In this document: one piece after another, positions 55,893 through 64,000 of the stretch
Position numbering within the stretch: position 1 is the stretch's first letter
Layout: each line of letters opens with the position of its first letter
Origin: Octopus vulgaris
Taxonomy: Eukaryota
Direction: 5' to 3'
Assembly (NCBI GenBank): GCA_951406725.2
Contig: OX597832.1
Span: 1,612,001 to 1,676,000, forward strand
DNA: 64,000 bases
The notes under the pieces: model-generated
Seen by the model: the letters and a program-made list of their open reading frames with translations, nothing else
Told to the model about the DNA's origin: nothing
Databases searched by the model: none
Position numbers and translations under genes: made by a program

Positions 55893-56571
55893 AATGAGGA
55901 TAAAATTTCTCTCGAAAAAATTTTTATCAATGGCCAGCATATTAAAAATACCTTAAACGGTTAAATTTATAAACAATTCATAAATGAGGGCAAAGGAAAA
56001 AATTTCTAATGCCAAATATGCCGAAAAATTGGACATATTGTCTATCAACCATATAATTTTTTCACAATACGCACGCTACTCGAAAAAAGGCCGACAGACA
56101 TTTCTAAAATATTCCATTATTACCATATCGGGCCGATTTCAGAGTTAGCTACTAAGAGCCCTCTCTTCGTCAGTGATACATGTGGCAAAAGAAATAAATG
56201 AGATACTTACTCATACTCATGGAAGAAGCAAACACTAAGTCATGAGCACAACTAAGTACCCCAAATACATCCAAAATAGAAATACTCCAGCCCATTCGAG
56301 ACACGTGCGATTTGAACTGAGGCTCTCACAGAGTGAGAGAGTCCGGAAGTGAACGCTTAAATTTATATCTAATGAGGATAAAATTTCTCTCGAAAAAAAT
56401 ATTTTTTCGAAAAAAATTTTATCAATGGCCAGCATATTAAAAAATACCTTAAAAGGTTAAATTTATAAACAATTCATAAATGAGGGCAAAGGAAAAAATT
56501 TCTAATTGTGAAAAAATTATATGGTTAATGGACAATATGTCCAATTTTTCGGCATATTTGGCATTAGAATT
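55891..56571 (-). mobile_element. PLE-type pseudo-LTR array with direct and inverted partial copies
   Basis: 55891-56008 repeated at ~56369-56505; 56506-56570 is the inverse of ~56003-56068; contains a hammerhead. Confidence 0.75.
56121..56178 (-). ncRNA. Type I hammerhead ribozyme motif
   Basis: tatca-CTGACGA-agag...ctct-GAAA-tcggcccga-TA-tggta; intact core. Confidence 0.78.
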
Positions 56572-56682
56572 TCTTACCAAAAGTCTTCAATTTAAGACGG
56601 CTTTCAAAACCACGTCTTACATCTTCGGTGTCAAACACAACACTGACTTGCACATGCGCAGAAGCAACCTGTAAGCAGGCTA

Positions 56683-59660
56683 TTTTATTTCATGAAAATT
56701 CACCATTAAGGCGTTACATAGAGGGGACATACAAGGGCATACAAACATTTAGGGTGAAGTAGCTTAAAACGTTTTAGTATTTACAATATAATGGGCACAG
56801 TATTTACAATATAAAGTTTACAAATTTAATGTTACATAGAACCCAGCCACCTGAGTAGAACCATTACTTCTTGATTCAGCCACACTTACCTGGTGCCAAA
56901 TATACCCAGCTTGCAAGCTACAGGCTTCCATCTTTTCACAAACATATCTCGTGACAGACACCTCTTTTCCAGCCTGATCTTACTACCGAGGTGGTAACTA
57001 AAAAAGTTAACCAACGCCTGGCCGGATATAAAGGTACCTGTTACTATACCTTTCGTACGCATCTTCCATGCTATTTCTTTCAGTATGGCTACTACGCAGG
57101 AAAAACAAGCCTTCCTTTCCCTGCTGAGGAAAGGAGGTGGCACAATCTCAATGATAGACTCCGCTGATAGCTGTACTCTTCCACTCACTGACAACAGTTG
57201 TTCGGCAAAAGCAATCAGTCCCGATAACTCCGGGCACTCTACGAATGCGTGCAAGACGGTTTCCCTATCCCGCTTACATCGCGGACATGTCGCCGAGACG
57301 GCACTTCCATGCCTTGACAGCTTGTCGCGAACAGGTAACGCCGCACGAATACACTGCCAGGCCAGGGATTTCTGGTAATTATCCAGATACCTCGGCCCGC
57401 ACGTTCTCCGGAACAGGTTGACCAACCTTGACTTCCTGTCTGGTGGCCTGTTAAGCTGCTCGGAGTCTGGATTGGTTCAGACCTCCAGATAGAGAAAAAT
57501 TGGAGTGAGGTGGCCGGCAGGGTGACCGCTCTAACCCAGACCTGGTCTGGACGGGCGTTATCCCTGCTAGGGAGGGCGGAGGTGGTGCAGATGTTCATAC
57601 CGTGGTGCCTTGCCCCGATTTGTGGCTGAAGAAGTTGGAGAGAATCCTTTTCCGCTTTTTGTCGAAAGGAGGAAAGCCACTTGTAAAGCGCTCTGTCGGG
57701 TCCACTTCAGGTGGCACTTCATTGATTCTTACACGGGACGTTCTTCGTCCTATATAAGTTAGCAGAAGTACTACTTCTTTGGACTCCAAGGGACACACGG
57801 AATGCCCACGGGCCATCTCTTCGTTTGAGAATTGGACCGCAACATAACCATATGTCCCCTCGAGATATACACTATATCCTTCCATATCAGGGACAGGCAC
57901 TTTTCGATTATTTTTTTTCGAAGTGTTTAAACCTTCTGTCTTAAGGGCAGACGATTTTATACACTACAGTCCGTTTCTCTGTTTCTAACACAGTGGAGGA
58001 GGGTGATTTCACAACATCACCCCCATCTTCCTTCATCCTTTTAAAATATCCCCGCAATATATCTGCCGAGATATCAATATTTTCGGTTGCTACTGCGGCA
58101 ACCACCGAAAACTTTTTCAGTGTTGGCGCAATTGCCAACATCAACATTGCTCTCTACAAGAGCACATTTTTCACGAATGATTTCAACCGACATGGTTGAA
58201 ATAAGTATAGGAGAAATTGGATTCCCACAAAACTGGGAAACCTATAGAAAAGGTTTTCCTCTTGCAGAGGACAAAAATAATCAATTTGTATTACAGCTGT
58301 CCAAAGTTCCAATTCTACCCCCGCTTGGGGGCGAGACGTAGCAACAAAGTCTACAACGTCCGAAATTAATTTTTCCACACCATAATGAAATGTAGAATCC
58401 CCCAAAAAAGGGAAACCTATATTTTTTCCTCACAACGAGAACAGCAGTTCAAATCTCACCCGCGCTACGGGCGGACGCCACAATAGAGCCTACAATGGCT
58501 AAAATTTAATTTTTTCCACAATAATTTGCTTATCCCAAAAACAGGAAGCCTATAATATTTTTTCCCCTTAATGAGGATAACAGTTCAAATGCCACTCCCG
58601 CGGGGGTAGGCACGACAATAAAGCCTACAACGGCTTTAACAAGTTCAATATTAATAATATTAATAAGTTCAATATTAATAATTCAATATTTCAACAATTA
58701 CTTTCTCCCGTCACCGGGAAAAAGCGCAAACATTTTCAAAGTTCACGAGAATATTCAACAATAAACATTCAACAATAGAAAAAATATCCACGTGCAACAA
58801 AACTTTTGACTCACCGTAAGCAAACTACTTTATTTCATAAAATTGTCATCATAGACAGTACAAAGAGTGTGTAGCTTTGCGGGCTGGACAAACACATCAA
58901 TGAATGAAAATGAAATAGAATGAATAAATGAGAGATGAAACTTAACACCCGCCGATTGGATTTTTCTCGAAAACATATTTTCTTTTTTTAAAAAGTCACT
59001 ATGAGGTTTCAAACCTCTTACAAGAAGGAGGCACTAAAACCTCTTACTTAACATTTTTTTAAACACACAATTGAAGTTATAAACCACTACAAATAATACA
59101 ATAAGATGAGATTTCAAACCCTACTCTTCGATATATCCATCGATATATTCATCATTATATTCAATGCCGCTTGAGTTCCTGTATTCCGCCATTTCCCATG
59201 CCTCACTCATGTAGGACATGTAAGTCGTGTAAGGGCCACCCGGCCATATGCGACACTCCTCCCCAAATCCTTTAAGCCTTTAATCCTTTAAGCCTTATGA
59301 CCTCCACAGCTATCTGCGGAGGCCATTCGGGATCCGGTGTGAAGGGCATATCTACAGTCTCCTTATGTTGTTCTACTATTTTTTCCACCTCCCCGCCCTT
59401 ATATAAAAAGATAATTAATTGATCATCTTTAAGGGTGGGGGTTGTTTCTTCCACCGTGGGTGACACAACTTCGGGACATGCGGACGGCACATCATCTCCC
59501 CGCTGAGACGACCCGTTCTTTTTTTTTCTTCCTGACTTCGGGAAAGTGGAGCGCTTCCGCTTTGTCCGGAGACTCTCCCGGCCTCCCGAAGCCTTAGGTT
59601 CCTTCGGCGGGCAACTATCGTTGCTCGCTTTCTTCCCTTCAAGAAATTCTGGGTAACCGG
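56683..59660 (-). mobile_element. Rearranged L1/Tx1 LINE: 3' end (56683-57435), inverted RT piece (57436-57697), ORF1-like pieces (57700-58150, 59150-59660), upstream monomers
   Basis: NYQKSLAWQCIRAALPVRDKL..CPRC..ETVLHAFVEC; plus strand VKLLGVWIGSDLQIEKNWSEV; ORF1 assignment is by position only. Confidence 0.75.
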
Positions 59661-59733
59661 AAGTAAGCAAGCTACTTACCACACAGCCACTCCTACGCCT
59701 ATAATAATTAACCAAATTGATTTAATTAATTTA

Positions 59734-61015
59734 CGAGGGACGTTCAATAAGTAATGCCTCTGACCCACTTGCAGTTGTTTGATCTAGCTGCAATTTTGCA
59801 TGTACAATCATTTATATCTCTATAGAGTAAGTGGCAAATTACAGCTCTGAATTAATTGTGGTTTCTGATTTACAAGTGTTTCAACCGAGTCAAGTGTGAA
59901 ATGGAGCCTGTTGAGTGTCGAGCAGTGATCCGGTTTTTGTATTTGAAAGGACGCACACCACGGGAGACTTTTGATGAAATGAAAGTAACTTATGGTGATG
60001 ATGCCCCATCATATGACCTTGTAAAACGCTGGCATCGTGAATTCAAACATGGTCGGAACTCTGTGGAAACAGCTCCCAGATCTGGTCGCCCCTTCTGCCA
60101 TTGAGGAGGCATCTGTCCGTCAAGTTGAGGCTGCCATTTTGGAAGATCGACGCATAATTATTCGCCAAATAGCCCATGAGGTCAAGATTAGTACCGGGTC
60201 TGTGGAAACTATGATTCATGACTATTTGCATATGCGAAAGGTGTCTGCCAGATGGATTCCCAGGTTGCTCACGCCTTTCCAGAAGCAAGAACGCGTCGAG
60301 TGCTCGAGGGTGAATTTGGAGATGTGCCAAGAAGATGAGTCAAAATTTTTCAAAAGACTGATTACACAGGATGAAACCTGCGTCCATCCCGATGATCCAG
60401 AGACCAAAGCCCAGTCAATGCAGTGGAAGCACCGTGACTCACCCCCTCCAAAGAAAGCAAGGGTGCAGCCCTCCGCTGGCAAGGTCATGCTCACAGTCTT
60501 CTGGGACCAGGACGGAGTAGTGATGACAGATTTCCTGGCAAAGGGTACCACAATTGCAGGAGCCTATTATGCTTCACTTTTGAGGAAATTAAGAGAAGTT
60601 ATCAAAATCAAGAGGCGGGGCAAGATCAGCAAAGGCATCCTCCTCCTGCAGGACAACGCTCCGGTCCACAACTCGCTTGTCGCCAGATCAGAAGCACAGG
60701 CGTATGGCTATGAACTCCTCCCCATACTTTCCTGACCTTGCACCCTCTGATTTTTACCTCTTCCCAATCATGAAGTTGTTTTTGAAAGGAAAGCGTTTCC
60801 CAGATGATGCAGCCTTGATTTCTGAAGTCACGTTGAGGTTGGAGGACCAAGCTGGGTTCTTCTACAAAACGGTCTCCAGAGCCGCATCAAACGATGGGAG
60901 AAATGCGTAACTCTGGGTGGTTCCTATGTAGAAAAAGACTAATAACTGTGCCAAGTTTCGTTGCTCTACTGCTATGGGAAGTGGGTCAGGGGCATTACTT
61001 ATTGAACGCCCCTCG
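59734..61015 (+). mobile_element. Full-length mariner with frameshifted transposase (ATG at 59901)
   Basis: TA flanks; ~36-bp TIRs cgaggg.cgttcaataagtaatgcc.ctgacccactt; WIPRLL, ITQDET, KVMLTVFWD, LQDNAPVH, PDLAPSDF. Confidence 0.95.
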
Positions 61016-61135
61016 TAACTTAAATTTGATTGATTTAAGTGATGAATTGAAGCGATGAATTGAAACAACTGTTGCGCTTATCAATGTATTAATAATTTTT
61101 ATTAATCTTATTTCCACCTTCTCTCTTGGTTTATA

Positions 61136-61197
<62 letters not shown>

Positions 61198-61255
61198 CAA
61201 AATGACAAGTATCAAAGCACAAAAGAACGGGGAACATATATTGCATGCTCAAATG

Positions 61256-61322
<67 letters not shown>

Positions 61323-62438
61323 TGGGATTGTGTGGAACTGGCGCCTACTAAATTTACTATTGATTGATCATTGCAAGGCTCTAGTAACAGAAATTTGCAG
61401 GGGGACACTGTGTAATCGGAACAGACTTGGAACCATGTATTTGCTGAGTGAATGTTTTAAACGTGCAACCGCAGCAATAGTGCATACATACACGAAAGTG
61501 CACATACACACACACTTGTATAGAAATAAATCTTCCATTTCGGATGCGGAATAGGTCTAAGTAAATTAGAGGAAGGGTTACTAATGAAGGAGGTTTTCAT
61601 TTAACTGGATTAAATCTACTCATTATAGTGTATGTAATAAATGAATTACCTAAATGTAATATGTAATTCTGCTTTCAAAAGCAAAATTTTGACCTGCAGG
61701 TTATTTTTCTCACTGTAACATGCACTATATTCTCAATGGACCTTTTTTTAATGTTACATGATACCTTTTCCAAGCCAAATTATCTTAAACTGGTGTTTTA
61801 CTATTTCAAAGAAGAATACAAAATTACTTTACCAGCTGATATTATCAAAATGCATGATTTCTATATCTCATTTTCTTTCTAATCTGCTCGTTAATATCTT
61901 TTGTTCCATATACAAATTATGTGCATTATACATATGTGTGTGTGCGCGCGCGCGTGTGTGTGTGTGTACAGACATATAAATATGATCATACACGCGCATA
62001 CATATATGATTCATATGTATAATTCATTCGTGAAATCATCGTATTATCATTGTTTATCTATTTTAAATTCTGATTTTATTAGTCTGTCTAATAGACATGA
62101 CATTGACATTCTTCCAATGATCTCAGATAAAAGCGATCTACTGATATAAAGATAATAGCTACTGAATTATACATACGAACATGCACTTTCCGATTAACTA
62201 TTCAAATAAGCCCTTCATTATGTTCATTATATATTTGCAAATTTATTTCTCTCTGAAATGACTAGCGGATTTGCGGATAATTTATTTGAACGACATTGTT
62301 CTGTATACTTTCATTTTAATTTCCGTATATTTTTATATCTACCTCAGTTCATAATGAAATCCACTTTTTAATATTAACGTGACCTTCTGAGACGATGACT
62401 TTCCTGATTATTTCAAGGAACGTACTCGTATATCATAG

Positions 62439-62501
<63 letters not shown>

Positions 62502-62725
62502 ATTAATCAATATAGGGTGGCAAAAAAAATTTTGTAGAATTCTTTTTGCCACCAGCGGCCTAGTGGGAAAAAATTAAATAGTCATAAACCATTTTTAAGT
62601 TCAACATCACAATCAGGAACGGCCATAATAGGCCATTCACCCACTAGAAATAACAGCCAAAAGCTTCAACCGCAAAATAACATCAATTCCGTAAACCAGA
62701 GAAAATTAAAAACATTTACCCTGTA

Positions 62726-62832
62726 ATTTCTTAGACGATGCACCGTTTCGTCTACTGTTTAATGGTAAACTAACCTGATTAAATTAAATCAAGCCAATCT
62801 ACCATAGGCCCTTAGATTCATCAGTAAGAAAT
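62726..62832 (-). ncRNA. Type I hammerhead ribozyme motif
   Basis: Reverse complement of 63068-63174. Confidence 0.78.
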
Positions 62833-63067
62833 AGCCAAGTCGGAACAGATATTTTTCACGAGGCATTCCCGTTGCTGCCTCGGCAATATCTGACCTAAAA
62901 TTTTCAAATCGTCGCACTCGCGCCAAATTTATCGGCAGCAAATAAATATAAGCCGCCGATTCCATTACGGAATTTGGCGCCAGTGCGACGATTTGAAAAT
63001 TTTAGGTCAGATATTGCCGAGGCAGCAACGGGAATGCCTCGTGAAAAATATCTGTTCCGACTTGGCT

Positions 63068-63174
63068 ATTTCTTACTGATGAATCTAAGGGCCTATGGTA
63101 GATTGGCTTGATTTAATTTAATCAGGTTAGTTTACCATTAAACAGTAGACGAAACGGTGCATCGTCTAAGAAAT
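63068..63174 (+). ncRNA. Type I hammerhead ribozyme motif
   Basis: atttctta-CTGATGA-atcta...tagac-GAAA-cggtgcatcg-TC-taagaaat; 8-bp stem I, GUC site, first stem II pair mismatched. Confidence 0.78.
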
Positions 63175-63292
63175 TACAGGGTAAATGTTTTTTAATTTTC
63201 TCCTGGTTTACGGAATTGATGTTATTTTGCGGTTGAAGCTTTTGGCTGTTATTTCTAGTGGGTGAATGGCCTATTATGGCCGTTCCTTGATT

Positions 63293-63354
<62 letters not shown>

Positions 63355-63865
63355 TGTAATCTCAGTGCTTCAAACATACGAATTTATGTACAATAATTCT
63401 CATGGCAAAATCCAACATTTGATTATGAGTGTCGAAAAATTCAGGGTGAAGGGTCACACAATTTAGTTGAAGTTGCATTATGCATCCCGTTTTATACCTA
63501 GAACTGTTATTTGTGGCTCTATTTCAACGAAAGATTGGAAAATTCAACACAGAAATCTCAACCAAACACTGAAATCTGTTGTTCTCATTCAGATAATGGC
63601 ATTAAATTTAGTTGTCATTGTGTTATCTTTAATTATTCCACCTTCACCCAAGATATTTCTTTAAGTATCTCTTATCTCTTTATCTTTTCGTTTGTCGTTT
63701 ATGTTTGTCTCTGATTTTCGTCAGCTTTTGCATTCTTGGGGCAATTTTGAACCTACTAATGCATTTTACTTGTAATGTCAGAAGACGTTGCGTATCTATG
63801 TAACAACTTGGTACGTATTTACTTGAAATGTGCGTTTTAAATACATTTGAAATATCAATAATTGT

Positions 63866-64000
63866 ACAACGGGCATCTTTCAGTTTCTGTCTACCAAATC
63901 CATTCACAAAGGCTTTGGTCGGCTCGAAACTATAGCAGATACACTTGCCCAAGGTGTCACGCAGTGGGACTGATCTTGGAACCATGTGGTTGGGAAGCAA
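63866..64000 (-). mobile_element. SINE family B, cut by the window edge
   Basis: tttcagtttctgtctaccaaatcc..gacacttgcccaaggtgtcacgcagtgggac..ggaaccatgtggttgggaagcaa. Confidence 0.8.

Larger units (their letters stand above)
62497..63297. mobile_element. Fold-back non-coding PLE-type insertion between (TA)n arrays
   Basis: Near-identical inverted arms 62606-62929 and 62971-63297; ~41-bp spacer; hammerhead in each arm. Confidence 0.85.

Overview
AT-rich eukaryotic DNA, very dense in repeats. The SINE families and the microsatellite spectrum suggest an octopus (inference). The window is almost entirely intergenic or intronic and is built from decayed mobile elements: tRNA-derived SINEs; LINEs (L1/Tx1, R4/Dong, RTE); DNA transposons (mariner, maT-like, hATm, piggyBac-type and other MITEs); Helitrons; a solo LTR and a gypsy remnant. 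There is no complete host gene, only two candidate minus-strand exons near 4.5 kb. Most ORF-track entries are microsatellite artefacts. The main hidden signal is about 11 type I hammerhead-ribozyme motifs of several unrelated sequence families, mostly in short Penelope-like-element (PLE) fragments beside (TA)n arrays. Several of these form fold-back palindromes with 3' ends pointing outward (5757-7292, 29618-30188, 62497-63297). Two of the palindromes have near-identical arms and a hammerhead on each strand. GIY-YIG endonuclease and PLE RT-thumb remnants lie nearby. All calls were made by eye, and boundaries of decayed elements are approximate.
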